Source: Acidimicrobiia bacterium
Lineage (GTDB): Bacteria; Actinomycetota; Acidimicrobiia; Spongiisociales; UBA5794
Direction of reading: 5' to 3'
NCBI GenBank assembly: GCA_024762335.1
Contig: JANTHO010000007.1
Location: 383-64,382, forward strand
DNA: 64,000 nucleotides
The notes below the pieces were generated by a model. It was not told the origin of the DNA. It did not search any database and saw only the letters and a program-made list of their open reading frames with translations. Made by a program: the position numbers and the translations under genes. Below are positions 1-9,749 of this stretch, piece by piece. Position 1 is the first letter of the stretch; the number at the start of each line of letters is the position of its first letter.

Positions 1-1597
1 GCCGCCGCTTTATCCGGCTCTGTACGGCCTTACGTCCGGCATTGCGGATGCGACGCCGGAGTGCCTCAGAGTCGATGGGCCGGTCGAGGGTGGAGATGCT
101 CTGCTTGACCCGTTCGGCGACGGCGTCGTGGAGTTCCTCAGAATCGCCGGTTACACCGTGGCTGTCGACGTCGGGACCGAACACGATGTCGCCCGTGTGG
201 ACGTCGACGCCGACGGTGATGAGCATGACGCCGTCGTCGGCAAGATGGCGCCGGTCCCGAATCACACCCTCGGATTCACCGACTTCGAGGCCGTCGACGT
301 AGACGTAACCTGCCGACACGGCACCCCGTTCGATCCGCATTTCGCCATCTTCAAGCACGACGACGTCGCCGTCGGAGCAGACTTCCACTTCGGGGATGCC
401 GACCGCCCGTCCGAGTTCGGCGTTCGCATACATATGCCGGTGTTCGCCGTGAACGGGGATGAGGGCCTGCGGTTTGATGACGTTGTAGAGAACCTTGAGT
501 TCTTCGGCGGCGGCGTGTCCGGACACGTGGACATGCGTGTTGCGTCCGTGGTGGACGGCGACCCCGGTTCGTGCCAGATTGTTGATGACCCGCGACACCC
601 GTTTCTCGTTGCCGGGGATCGGCGTGGCCGAGATGATGACCGTATCCGTCGGATCGAGGGTGACCGACCGGTGCTCACCGGCGGCCATGAGCGACAGGGC
701 GGCGAACGGCTCTCCCTGACTGCCCGTGGAGATGATCGCCGCCTTTCCCGGCGGCAGGCTGAGGAGTTCGTCCATTTCAACGAGACTCCCGTCGGGGATA
801 TCGAGGGCGCCGATCTCGCCGGCAATTTCGCTGTTGCGTAGCATCGACCGACCGATGAATGCGAACTTGCGTCCGTCGGCGACGGCCGCGTCGATCGACT
901 GCTGAACCCGGTGGAGGTGGCTGGCGAAACAGGCAACGAGCACCCGGCCCTCCGCCTCGTGGACGAGCTCGGCGATCCGTACGCCGACCGTCTTCTCGGA
1001 ATCCACGACACCGGCCCGTTCGGCGTTGGTTGAGTCGGCCAGCAGGAGCCGTACCCCTCTCCGTCCGAATCCGGCGAAGCTCTGCAGATCTGTGATCTTG
1101 CCGTCGATGGGGGTCGGGTCGAGCTTGATATCCCCCGTGTGCAGGATGACACCTTCCGGCGTCTCGAAGGCGATGGCGGTGGCGTCCGGAACCGAGTGGG
1201 TGACGGGGATGAACGCGAAGCGGAACGCGCCGTGCTCAATCCACTCGCCGGTTTCGACGATGCGGAAGTCTGCGTCGATGCCCAACTCCCCCACCCGTGC
1301 CCTGGCAAGTTCAACGGTGAGCCGGGTCCCGTAGACGGGAACGTTGATAGCGCGCAGCAGATAGCCGAGCGACCCGATGTGGTCCTCGTGGCCGTGGGTC
1401 AAGGCCACGAACGAGAGGGCGTCGCCCCATTCGATCACGGATGTGAAGTCGGGAAGGACGAGATCGACACCGAGCATGTCCTCTTCGGGGAACATGAGGC
1501 CGGCGTCGACCATGCCGACTTCTCCGTTGATATCGATTGTTGCGCAGTTGCGGCCGATCTCTCCGAGTCCGCCGTGGAACGCGACCCGGACCGTCAC
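1..1597 (-). CDS. rnj: Ribonuclease J (metallo-beta-lactamase/beta-CASP); C-terminal end cut by left window edge
   Basis: Manual minus-strand translation from GTG at 1597 gives VTVRVAFHGGLGEIGRNCATIDINGE...ALTHGHEDHIGSLGYLL (HxHxDH motif). The frame stays open to position 2. It is absent from the ORF track because it runs off the edge. Its GTG overlaps the dapA stop (GTGA). dapA-rnj order is typical of Actinobacteria. Confidence 0.88.
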   Translation of the reverse strand, partial: MTVRVAFHGGLGEIGRNCATIDINGEVGMVDAGLMFPEEDMLGVDLVLPDFTSVIEWGDALSFVALTHGHEDHIGSLGYLLRAINVPVYGTRLTVELARARVGELGIDADFRIVETGEWIEHGAFRFAFIPVTHSVPDATAIAFETPEGVILHTGDIKLDPTPIDGKITDLQSFAGFGRRGVRLLLADSTNAERAGVVDSEKTVGVRIAELVHEAEGRVLVACFASHLHRVQQSIDAAVADGRKFAFIGRSMLRNSEIAGEIGALDIPDGSLVEMDELLSLPPGKAAIISTGSQGEPFAALSLMAAGEHRSVTLDPTDTVIISATPIPGNEKRVSRVINNLARTGVAVHHGRNTHVHVSGHAAAEELKVLYNVIKPQALIPVHGEHRHMYANAELGRAVGIPEVEVCSDGDVVVLEDGEMRIERGAVSAGYVYVDGLEVGESEGVIRDRRHLADDGVMLITVGVDVHTGDIVFGPDVDSHGVTGDSEELHDAVAERVKQSISTLDRPIDSEALRRRIRNAGRKAVQSRIKRR

Positions 1598-2490
1598 GCC
1601 CGACCCAGCGCTTCGAGCGCCAGTCGGAGCGTTTCCCTGGTGGCGTCCGACGCCGGCACGAGCGGCAACCTCGGATTCCCAACCGGATCCCACGCCATGT
1701 CGAGACCCGCTTTGAGTGGCATCGGGTTCGGTTCGACGAAGAGCGCTTCGTTGAGGGGGGCGAGCAGCGCGTCGAGCCGATCCGCTTCCTCGTCATCTCC
1801 TGCAACAGCGGCTTCGACCATGGCTTTGATCGTGTCCCCTGCCAGGTGCGCGGCGACCGAAACGACGCCGACTCCACCGGCTCGAACGATCTCGCGCGTG
1901 TGACCGTCGGATCCCGAATAGACCGCGAAGCCGTCCGGGAGGGCTTCGATCTCCCTCCTCGTGAAGTCGAGATCGTCGACGGCGTCCTTGACGGCAACGA
2001 TCCTCGGATGCTCGGCGAGCCGGAGGAGCGTCTCGATCTCGATGAGCCGGCAGGTTCGGCCCGGAATGTTGTAGAGGAGCACGGGAAGATCGCTCGCGTC
2101 GGCGATGGCGGAGAAGTGGCGGAAGATCCCCTCCTGCGGCGGCTTGGAGTAGTACGGAGTGACCGCCATCACACCGTGCACTCCGGAACCGGCGGCGCGT
2201 TCGGTCAACTCGATCGATTCCCGCGTGTCGTACGTTCCGGTGCCTGCCAACACGGTCATCCGATCGCCGACCGAGTCGACGGCGGCCTTGAACAACGCCA
2301 CCTTCTCCACTTTCGAAAGCGTCGGCGACTCCCCCGTCGTGCCTCCGACGACGATGCCGTCCGAGCCGTGTTCTGCGAGGAATCGGGTCAACCTCCAGAA
2401 GGTTCCGTAGTCGATGGATCCGTCGTCGCCGAAAGGTGTGATCACGGCGGTGAGGACCTGTCCAAATGGTGCGTTTGGTCTGCTCTCCAT
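1594..2490 (-). CDS. dapA: 4-hydroxy-tetrahydrodipicolinate synthase
   Basis: Internal ATG at 2490 of ORF 1594..3240 gives MESRPNAPFGQVLTAVITPFGDDGSIDY...GGTTGESPTL...YNIPGRT, 298 aa. These are typical DapA motifs. The upstream part of the listed ORF is antisense to the thioredoxin gene. Confidence 0.95.
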   Translation of the reverse strand: MESRPNAPFGQVLTAVITPFGDDGSIDYGTFWRLTRFLAEHGSDGIVVGGTTGESPTLSKVEKVALFKAAVDSVGDRMTVLAGTGTYDTRESIELTERAAGSGVHGVMAVTPYYSKPPQEGIFRHFSAIADASDLPVLLYNIPGRTCRLIEIETLLRLAEHPRIVAVKDAVDDLDFTRREIEALPDGFAVYSGSDGHTREIVRAGGVGVVSVAAHLAGDTIKAMVEAAVAGDDEEADRLDALLAPLNEALFVEPNPMPLKAGLDMAWDPVGNPRLPLVPASDATRETLRLALEALGRA

Positions 2491-2532
2491 GGCGTCGACG
2501 CTAGCAGGGGACCCCCCGGTATTCTCGCTTCT

Positions 2533-3378
2533 ATGAGCATTCCAAACGACTTCGTGAAGAACGTCGACACGGCGACCTTCCCTCAGGAAGTCCTCCAACG
2601 GAGCCGTGAAGTGCCCGTGGTGGTGGACTTCTGGGCCGAGTGGTGCCAGCCGTGTCGAATCATCGGACCGATCCTCGAACGGCTGGCGGCCGAAGCGAAC
2701 GGCGCGTTCGATCTCGTGAAGGTCGACGTCGACGCCAACCAGCAGCTCGCCGCCGAGTACCGGGTTCAGGGCATCCCCATGGTCGTCGCCTTCCGGGACG
2801 GGAAGATCGCCGATACGTTCACGGGGGCGATCCCCGAACCGGAGATCCGCCGGTGGATCGAGGGCATTCTGCCCACCGAACTGGATCTGATGGTCGACCA
2901 GGCGCGCACGGCCCGCCTCTCGGGCGACGACGTCGGTGCCGAACACATTCTTCGCCAGGTTCTCGATCAGAATCCGGATCACAGCGAAGCCGGCACCAGC
3001 CTCGCTTCGATGCTGATCGACCGCGGTGAAACAGATGAGGCGCTCGCGGTGCTCGACCGTCTCGTGCCGGATCCCGAAGTGGAGCGGCTCCTGTCGGCGG
3101 CACGTCTCCGGGCATCGAGCGGGGAGGACATTCCCGAACTCGAAGCGGCCCTGGCAAACGACCCCTCCGATGAGGACGCACGGATCGAACTCGCGAAGGC
3201 GCTCGCCGCCCGCGGAGAGTTCGAGCCCGCGCTCGATCATCTCCTCACGGTCGTGCGGGCCAAGGGCCCGAAGAAGGACGACGCACGAATCGCCATGCTC
3301 GACATCTTCGGTGTCCTGGGCGACGACCAGCCGCTGACACAGACCTACCGCCGCCAGCTCGCAACCGCCCTCTTCTAA
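2533..3378 (+). CDS. Thioredoxin-domain protein with C-terminal TPR-like domain (YbbN/CnoX-like)
   Basis: ATG at 2533 inside ORF 1537..3378. It has a WCQPC active site (VVVDFWAEWCQPCR) followed by a helical repeat tail. Length 281 aa. Confidence 0.88.
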   Translation: MSIPNDFVKNVDTATFPQEVLQRSREVPVVVDFWAEWCQPCRIIGPILERLAAEANGAFDLVKVDVDANQQLAAEYRVQGIPMVVAFRDGKIADTFTGAIPEPEIRRWIEGILPTELDLMVDQARTARLSGDDVGAEHILRQVLDQNPDHSEAGTSLASMLIDRGETDEALAVLDRLVPDPEVERLLSAARLRASSGEDIPELEAALANDPSDEDARIELAKALAARGEFEPALDHLLTVVRAKGPKKDDARIAMLDIFGVLGDDQPLTQTYRRQLATALF

Positions 3379-3380
3379 CC

Positions 3381-3431
3381 CGACACGAACCCAGGGTTCT
3401 CTGCGCCCTATATGGCGTCCCGAGCCCGCGG
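3381..3431 (+). repeat. Solo 51-nt palindrome-rich intergenic repeat unit (family A)
   Basis: Sequence is CGACACGAACCCAGGGTTCTCTGCGCCCTATATGGCGTCCCGAGCCCGCGG, starting 2 nt after the TAA stop of the thioredoxin gene. It matches the reverse complement of 23582..23632 at 50 of 51 positions. Confidence 0.9.
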
Positions 3432-3471
3432 AATCGGCGAAGTTCGGGCGCCGCTGCGAACGGGAGAAAGA

Positions 3472-4230
3472 TCAGAGTCCGAGAACGGCGTCCAACCCCA
3501 CGGTGACCGGATCTTTTAGGTTCGCCACAGCGCGGATCGCGGCGAGCACGCCGGGCATGAACGCCGTCCGGTCGGTTGTGTCGTGCCTGATCGAGAGCGT
3601 CTCACCGATGCCGCCGAACAGTACCTGTTGGTGAGCCACCAGTCCCGGAAGCCGGACGGCGTGCACGGGAACTCCCCCGACCGCCGCTCCGCGAGCCCCG
3701 GAGATCAACTCGGTCGATTCGACGGCACGTTGCTGCTCCGCGGTGTGAGCGATCCGCTCTGCAGTTGCAATCGCCGTTCCCGACGGTGCGTCGACCTTCC
3801 GGTCGTGGTGGAGTTCGATCACTTCGGCCGCGGCGAAGTGCGGCGCGGCAATCTCCGCGAGCCGCATCATGAGGACCGCGCCGATCGAGAAGTTCGGCAC
3901 GATGAGGAGGTTCGGCGGTCCGTCACCCCACCGTCCGCGGACGGTTTCGAGCCGGTCCCGGTCGAAGCCGGAGGTGCCGACGACCGCATGCAGCCCCAGC
4001 GAGCGCCACCGGTCGAGGTTCGCGACCACGACGTCGGGTTCGGTGAATTCGACAACGGCGTCGGCCGAAGCCAACTCCTCGGGATCAGCGCAGATCGCCC
4101 TTCCCGCCATCACGTCCCCGACGTGTCCCGGGTCGAAGAGCGCTCCGAGTTCGAGATCGGCCGCCGCGTCGACGGTCTCTGCGACGAGCCTCCCCATGCG
4201 GCCCCCGGCGCCGGATACTGCCACGATCAT
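3472..4230 (-). CDS. dapB: 4-hydroxy-tetrahydrodipicolinate reductase
   Basis: MIVAVSGAGGRMGR...VVGTSGF...ELHHDRKVDAPSGTA, 252 aa. Its start overlaps the upstream M16 peptidase stop (ATGA). Confidence 0.95.
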   Translation of the reverse strand: MIVAVSGAGGRMGRLVAETVDAAADLELGALFDPGHVGDVMAGRAICADPEELASADAVVEFTEPDVVVANLDRWRSLGLHAVVGTSGFDRDRLETVRGRWGDGPPNLLIVPNFSIGAVLMMRLAEIAAPHFAAAEVIELHHDRKVDAPSGTAIATAERIAHTAEQQRAVESTELISGARGAAVGGVPVHAVRLPGLVAHQQVLFGGIGETLSIRHDTTDRTAFMPGVLAAIRAVANLKDPVTVGLDAVLGL

Positions 4231-5480
4231 TGGACGAACTCCTCCAGATCGGAGGCCTCGAACGGCCCCGCTGCCCCGATGACATATGGTCCGCTGTACG
4301 CGACTCGAGCGACGTCGATCACATCCCGGCCGGTGACGGAATCGACCTTCGCCACGATCTCCTCGACCGACCGGTGCTCCATCCCGGTGATCTCGTTTCG
4401 ACCGAGGCGATTCATACGACCATCAGCGTCCTCGAGCGAGAGCGCAAGCGAACCCTGAATGTGTCCCTTTGCCCGGGCAAGCTCCTCGTCGGTGACGCCC
4501 GATTCGATCATCTTGTCGAGCTCCCCGCGGACGAGCTTCAGCACCTCGGCGGCCTGTGTCGGCGTCGTTCCGACGTACACGGCGTTGGCGCCGGCATCGG
4601 TGAACGGCAGCCGGAATGCATGGACGGCGTACGCGAGGCCGCGCATCTCCCGGATCTCGTGGAACAACCGGCTCGACATGCCCCCACCGAGTACGTGATC
4701 TGCCACGAACAGTGAATAGCGGCGCTCGTCGTCCCGTGTGACGCTCGGCCCACCGAGGATGAGATGAGCCTGCTCGGTGTCACGGTGCCGGACGGCGACG
4801 GTCGCAACCGGTTCGGGCGTGCTGAGGGTCCTGCCGATCTCCTCGCCGACCCAGTCGCCGAGGGCATCGGCGACAACGGACACCAGATGCTCGTGGTCGA
4901 CCCGGCCCGCGGCGGCGATGACCGTCGACTTCGGCGAATACCTGCGGGCCCAATAGGACCGGATCGTGTCCCTCGTCATCGTCGTGATCGACTCGGGTGT
5001 TCCGAGGATCGGCGGTGCAAGCGCGTGGCCTCCCCAGAGGGCCTCGATGAACTGCTCATGAGCGACGTCGGTCGGGTCGTCCTCGTTCATGTTGATCTCT
5101 TCAAGCACGACGCCGCGCTCGAGATCGATCTCGTCCTGACGGAAGGCCGGACGTTGGACCATTTCAGCAAGGATCTCCACGCCGAGGTCCAGGTGGGCAT
5201 CTCGCATGCGTCCCCAGTAGCACGTGTACTCCTTCGAGGTGAACGCGTTGTGGCGTGCCCCGATGGAATCGAACGCGTCGCTGATCCGCCGCGCCGGCCA
5301 CTCCTCCGACCCTTTGAAGAGGAGGTGCTCGAGGAAGTGGCTGGCACCGGCCTCGACGGGTTCCTCGTCACGGCTCCCAGTTCCCACCCACGCCCCAACA
5401 GACAGTGAGTGAAGCGAGGGCATGTCCTCGGAGATGATGCGGAGGCCGTTGGGCAGGGTCGTCAGGTCGTAGTGCTGCAT
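4227..5480 (-). CDS. M16 family zinc metallopeptidase (pitrilysin/PepR-like)
   Basis: Internal ATG at 5480 of ORF 4227..6104 gives MQHYDLTTLPNGLRII... with the inverted zincin motif HFLEH. Length 417 aa. pepR-dapB synteny is as in mycobacteria. Confidence 0.9.
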   Translation of the reverse strand: MQHYDLTTLPNGLRIISEDMPSLHSLSVGAWVGTGSRDEEPVEAGASHFLEHLLFKGSEEWPARRISDAFDSIGARHNAFTSKEYTCYWGRMRDAHLDLGVEILAEMVQRPAFRQDEIDLERGVVLEEINMNEDDPTDVAHEQFIEALWGGHALAPPILGTPESITTMTRDTIRSYWARRYSPKSTVIAAAGRVDHEHLVSVVADALGDWVGEEIGRTLSTPEPVATVAVRHRDTEQAHLILGGPSVTRDDERRYSLFVADHVLGGGMSSRLFHEIREMRGLAYAVHAFRLPFTDAGANAVYVGTTPTQAAEVLKLVRGELDKMIESGVTDEELARAKGHIQGSLALSLEDADGRMNRLGRNEITGMEHRSVEEIVAKVDSVTGRDVIDVARVAYSGPYVIGAAGPFEASDLEEFVQ

Positions 5481-5565
5481 ATCGACCGATGATAGGGAGA
5501 TGGCTCCCGAACGCCCCGAACGAAGTGCGGCGTCCAGCCCGCACCGTCGGTAGTCTGCCGGGCAC

Positions 5566-6855
5566 ATGGACACTGCCAACACACCCAGACAACAATCACA
5601 AGCGACCGACAACACGGGAGCGGTTCGCTCCGGCACCGGCGACCGGGCCGGAGTACGAAGTGGTTCACGTCTCCGTCGGTTCTTCGCCTGGCTTCTCGCC
5701 GTCTTCGCCATCCTCTCGATCCTCGTCGCCATCACCGCCGGATGGCAGAAGCGGACGATCCTCGATACGGATGCTTTCGTCGCTGCCCTCGGCCCACTCC
5801 CCAAGAACGCCGCGGTCGCCGAGGCCCTCTCGATCCGCATCGGTGATGCCGTCGTTGAGGCGTCCGACCTCGAGACCGTCGTCGGCGAAGCACTCCCCGA
5901 CGGATTGACGTTCATCGCCGTTCCCGTCGCATCGGCGACATCGAAAGCGGTCGCCGCAACAGCCGAACAGATCATCATGCACGACGCTTTCAGCGCCGCC
6001 TGGAACGCGGCGCTCCGGACGACGCACGAGGCGGTGCTCGTGATTCTGACCGGAAAGGGTGCCGTCGTCGCGGAGGAAGGGACCGTGGCCATCGATCTCG
6101 ACACACTTGCTGAGCCGGTCGTCGCATCGCTCGCCGAACGGGGACTCGATCTCCGACCACTCGTAGGGGACGACTTTTCCTTCGGCCAGATCGTGCTCGC
6201 CGAATCGGACGCCCTCGGGCAAGCTCAATCCGTCGTCCGTTTCTCCAACACCCTCGGGTGGTTCAGCGTTCTTCTCGCGATCATCCTGGTGGCCGGAGCG
6301 ATGTTCGTAGCGCCCGACCGCCGCCGGCAGGTCGCCATCCTCGGCTTCGGCACAGCGATCGCAGGGTTGGTCGATCTGGTCCTGCTGCGTTTCGGCCGAG
6401 GCCTGACCGTCGGGTCGATCAGCAGCGAGGTGACCCGGCGGGCGGGTCTGGCCGTGTGGGACGCCCTCCTCCACAGTCTGGCGAACACCCTCGTAGCCGT
6501 CTCTTTCGTTGCGCTCGTCATCGGAGTTGCCGCGTGGCTCGTCGGCCCGGGTGAGCGTGCCCGTCGCTTTCGGGCTGCCGCCGGCGATGGCGTGGACCGC
6601 TGGAGGGGCCAACAGCCTGCGTCCCGGACGAACCTCAACCGTTTCTTCGCCAGATGGCGACGTCCACTCGAGTGGGGTGTCCTTGGTCTCGGACTGCTCA
6701 TCCTTCTGGTGGCGCCGGTCGTCTCCCTTGGTCTCGCCGTCGTCGTCGTGTTGGTCGGCCTCTTCCTCGTTGGTGTTGTTGAGCTGATGGCGGGACCGCC
6801 CGCAGAGGCACCCGGCTTGGACGTGGTCGACAACGACCGCATCGGCACCGGCTGA
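5566..6855 (+). CDS. Integral membrane protein, unknown function
   Basis: 429-aa ORF with several clear hydrophobic helices (FFAWLLAVFAILSILVAI, WFSVLLAIILVAGAMFV, C-terminal LLILLVAPVVSLGLAVVVVLVGLFLVGVV). The start is uncertain. Confidence 0.6.
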   Translation: MDTANTPRQQSQATDNTGAVRSGTGDRAGVRSGSRLRRFFAWLLAVFAILSILVAITAGWQKRTILDTDAFVAALGPLPKNAAVAEALSIRIGDAVVEASDLETVVGEALPDGLTFIAVPVASATSKAVAATAEQIIMHDAFSAAWNAALRTTHEAVLVILTGKGAVVAEEGTVAIDLDTLAEPVVASLAERGLDLRPLVGDDFSFGQIVLAESDALGQAQSVVRFSNTLGWFSVLLAIILVAGAMFVAPDRRRQVAILGFGTAIAGLVDLVLLRFGRGLTVGSISSEVTRRAGLAVWDALLHSLANTLVAVSFVALVIGVAAWLVGPGERARRFRAAAGDGVDRWRGQQPASRTNLNRFFARWRRPLEWGVLGLGLLILLVAPVVSLGLAVVVVLVGLFLVGVVELMAGPPAEAPGLDVVDNDRIGTG

Positions 6856-6880
6856 ACCCCGATTCCGGAGTCGCTCCCTA

Positions 6881-6932
6881 CGTTCTGTGGGCTCTCAAAG
6901 CACCTATACACGCGTACGAGCCCTGGGTTCGC
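6881..6932 (-). repeat. 52-nt intergenic repeat unit (family B, diverged relative of family A)
   Basis: Sequence is CGTTCTGTGGGCTCTCAAAGCACCTATACACGCGTACGAGCCCTGGGTTCGC. It matches 38426..38477 at 44 of 52 positions and carries the core GAGCCCTGGGTTC. It lies between convergent stops at 6855 and 6949. Confidence 0.8.
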
Positions 6933-6948
6933 AGAGCATGTGGTCGGA

Positions 6949-9183
6949 TCAGGTGAGTTTCGTGCCGGGTCGTTCGACGCCGAGGAGCTGACCGCGGAAC
7001 GGACCTGAGTTCCTGACCAGCAGGACGGTGCGCAGACCCGACATGAGGCTCAGCAGCCGTTCGACGTACTCACCGGCCTCGTCGGTTTCGATCGCCTTGA
7101 GGCCGAGAAACACCACATCGGCGTGTTCGGATCGGCTGTGAATGATCTCCTGGATCGTCTGGCCCTCCGGTTTGCGGATGACCTCGAACCGGGCGCCGAT
7201 CCTCGCTGCCGAGATCATCTCGTCCAGTGTCCGCTCCGTCCGCTGCGCCATCATCTCGGTCGTCGCGATCGACTTGATGTTGATGGTTGCGTCACGCCAC
7301 CCCGCATCGAGGGAGAGCAGGTGTGCGAAGAGCACCAGCAGGTCGCCGTTCTGCTGTAGTCCGCCCCACCAGACGTCGATCGTTCGGCCGGTCGGTGCGA
7401 GACGCTGCGAGACGGGGCGGCAGATCACACTCGACTTATGGAGCAGCGACAACTCCTCGATAGAGCGGAGCACGGTCGCCATCTCGTCACGCCGTTCACG
7501 CCAACCGAAGAGCACCGTATTCGACGCGATCCCTGCGATACCGTTGGATTGAGCGACCGACACGATCCCTCTCCCGAAATCGGGAACGATCTCCACCTCC
7601 CCGAACGCCGTGATGCCGGCCTTGTCGAGCGACCGGTTCAGGTCGTCGACGAGGTCGTGGACGGCCCCGACATGATCGGCGATCGACCCCTCGATGAGGT
7701 AGTTGACGGTGAGGATTCCCCGGTCCTGAACCATCCAGTTCGCGAACCTCGCCGTCGGCAGATCACGGTCCGGATCGGTTGTGAACATCAAGACGTTCGG
7801 GCGCCAATTGCGCGGCTCCTCCGGAAGCCTCCGCAGCTGGAGCACCGTTGACCGAACCAGCGAGACAAGGGCGCTGCGACGGACATCTCCCCATCGGGCT
7901 GTGAGGGCCCGCCGTCGAACCATCAGATAGACACCGAGCTCAACCAACAGAGCGACGAGCGACGCGATCGGGCTGATGAGGAACATCGCCCAGAAACACG
8001 CGGCCGCGCCCCCGAGCGAAACGATCCAATGGACCTTCATCGTCGGCCGGAACGACGGATCTCCGCTGAGCCGTTCGATGCCGGCAACGAGGTTCACCAT
8101 CCCGTACGTCGTGAGGAAGAACATGGTGAGGATCGGCGCGACGGCGTTCAGGCCGCCGAGCGCCACGGCGCCGAGAGCGATCGCCGTGGTGATGAGCAAC
8201 GGCACCCCCGGGCCTTCGATCCTGCCGATGCTGGCGGCGACCCGGGCAGGCAGGATCCGGTCGTGCACCAGCGCTTCGAGCGTCCGCGGGGCACCGAGAA
8301 CGCTTCCGACCGCCGACGAGAAGATGGCGCCCCACAGGCCGGGGAAGATGAGAAACGCGAGGCCTCCCGCGATCGTGAACCAGATCAGCGGATCGGCGAC
8401 AAGTTCGGTGGGTGTCGCAGAGAGGGACAGCCCGATCGTCACGGCGAGGTAGACAACGAATCCGACCAGAACGGCGGCGATGGTGCCTTTCGGGATCGAC
8501 TTTGCCGGGTTCTTCAGATCGCCCGACAGCGAGATCCCGGCCATGATCCCCGTCACAGCAGGGAAGAACACCGCAAAGACGACCCAGAAGTCCGCGTGAA
8601 CCGAGATCCGTTCGAAGAGGTGGGCGCTCCCCGACGTCGATCCTGCAACGCCCGCGAACAGCACGACGAGCGACACGCCGATGGCCACCATGATGGGGAT
8701 CTGCAACTTGAGAGCGGCTCCCGCTCCCCGGGCGGCGAGCAGCGCCACCAGCAGAACGGTGAGTGCTGCAACCGGTCGTTGAGGGAGATCCGGCCACACG
8801 AACTGGAGCGACTCGGCGAGACCGTACGCGTACAGGGTGATCGAGAATGCCTGAGCGAGGAAGAGCGGCAACCCGATCGCAGCCCCGATCTCGACGCCGA
8901 GGCTGCGGGAGATGATGTAGTAGGCGCCGCCGGGCCCGACCTCCATGTTCGTCGCCACCGATGAGACCGACAGCGCGGTCGCGAGCGTGATGGCGTTCGC
9001 AAGGACCACGATCGCCAAGGCGCCGGCGAGGCCGACGTTCCCGACGACCCAGCCGGTGCGCAGATAGAGGATGACACCGAGGATCGTGAGTACCGAGGGT
9101 GTGAACACCCCGAGGAACGTGCCGAGACGGCCGGAACGATCCCGAGAGCGAGCGGCACGGATCCGTAGAATGATCGATGTCAT
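6949..9183 (-). CDS. APC-superfamily transporter of the cation-chloride cotransporter (SLC12-like) type with a large C-terminal cytoplasmic domain
   Basis: 744 aa. The N-terminal roughly 480 aa is polytopic (GTFLGVFTPSVLTILGVILYLRTGWVVG, AYYIISRSLG). The hydrophilic C-terminal domain is about 250 aa. Confidence 0.8.
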   Translation of the reverse strand: MTSIILRIRAARSRDRSGRLGTFLGVFTPSVLTILGVILYLRTGWVVGNVGLAGALAIVVLANAITLATALSVSSVATNMEVGPGGAYYIISRSLGVEIGAAIGLPLFLAQAFSITLYAYGLAESLQFVWPDLPQRPVAALTVLLVALLAARGAGAALKLQIPIMVAIGVSLVVLFAGVAGSTSGSAHLFERISVHADFWVVFAVFFPAVTGIMAGISLSGDLKNPAKSIPKGTIAAVLVGFVVYLAVTIGLSLSATPTELVADPLIWFTIAGGLAFLIFPGLWGAIFSSAVGSVLGAPRTLEALVHDRILPARVAASIGRIEGPGVPLLITTAIALGAVALGGLNAVAPILTMFFLTTYGMVNLVAGIERLSGDPSFRPTMKVHWIVSLGGAAACFWAMFLISPIASLVALLVELGVYLMVRRRALTARWGDVRRSALVSLVRSTVLQLRRLPEEPRNWRPNVLMFTTDPDRDLPTARFANWMVQDRGILTVNYLIEGSIADHVGAVHDLVDDLNRSLDKAGITAFGEVEIVPDFGRGIVSVAQSNGIAGIASNTVLFGWRERRDEMATVLRSIEELSLLHKSSVICRPVSQRLAPTGRTIDVWWGGLQQNGDLLVLFAHLLSLDAGWRDATINIKSIATTEMMAQRTERTLDEMISAARIGARFEVIRKPEGQTIQEIIHSRSEHADVVFLGLKAIETDEAGEYVERLLSLMSGLRTVLLVRNSGPFRGQLLGVERPGTKLT

Positions 9184-9276
9184 CGAAAGCGACGCATCGG
9201 TATCGGAGTGTCGAACATCTGCATCGACGCGGAGCCTACCGCCCGTGCGGGCCGGCTGCGCGGAGCCTCGCGGTGC

Positions 9277-9696
9277 TCAGTCGTCAGGCCCCGGACGTTT
9301 GCGGAGCGACTTCGTTCGCGACCGCGCCCGCTTCTCGTCGATGCGTCGACGTCGTGCCGCCCGGCTCGGTTTCGTCGGTCGGCGCGGCGGCGGATCGGGA
9401 CGCAAGGCCTCACGGATCCGTTCGACCAGACGCTTGCGTGCGATCTGCCGGTTCCTCCACTGCGAGCGCGTCTCATCCACGATCACCGTGACCGTCGATC
9501 CACCCGGGAGATGAGCGAGCACTCTGGAACGGGTTTCATCATCGAAAGCCCTCGACGTCGACACATCGAAGCGGAGTTCCGCCCGGGTCGACGCCTTGTT
9601 GGCATGCTGGCCGCCGGGTCCGCCGGTCGGCGAGAACGTCCAATCGAGTTCGTCCGCCGGGATGGCGATGGTCTCGGATACGGAAAGGTCGTCCAC
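9277..9696 (-). CDS. arfB: Alternative ribosome-rescue factor / peptidyl-tRNA hydrolase ArfB
   Basis: 139 aa with a GGQ motif (TGGPGGQHANK) and a basic C-terminal tail (RRPTKPSRAARRRRIDEKRARSRTKSLRKR). Confidence 0.9.
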   Translation of the reverse strand: MDDLSVSETIAIPADELDWTFSPTGGPGGQHANKASTRAELRFDVSTSRAFDDETRSRVLAHLPGGSTVTVIVDETRSQWRNRQIARKRLVERIREALRPDPPPRRPTKPSRAARRRRIDEKRARSRTKSLRKRPGPDD

Positions 9697-9749
9697 GCCT
9701 ACACGGTACCGGATGATCAGTACGGATTCACCGTGTGGAGGCTTGACGG

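Noticed and set aside
4227-6104. Very long N-terminal extensions of listed ORFs, such as 4227..6104, 1594..3240, 1537..3378, 16551..18635, 17763..18872, 23635..24885, 50528..51616 and 33327..34451.
   Set aside because: The recognisable homologous region begins at an internal ATG in each case. The upstream parts are Arg/Pro/Ser-rich and overlap better-supported genes on the other strand. I report the internal starts.
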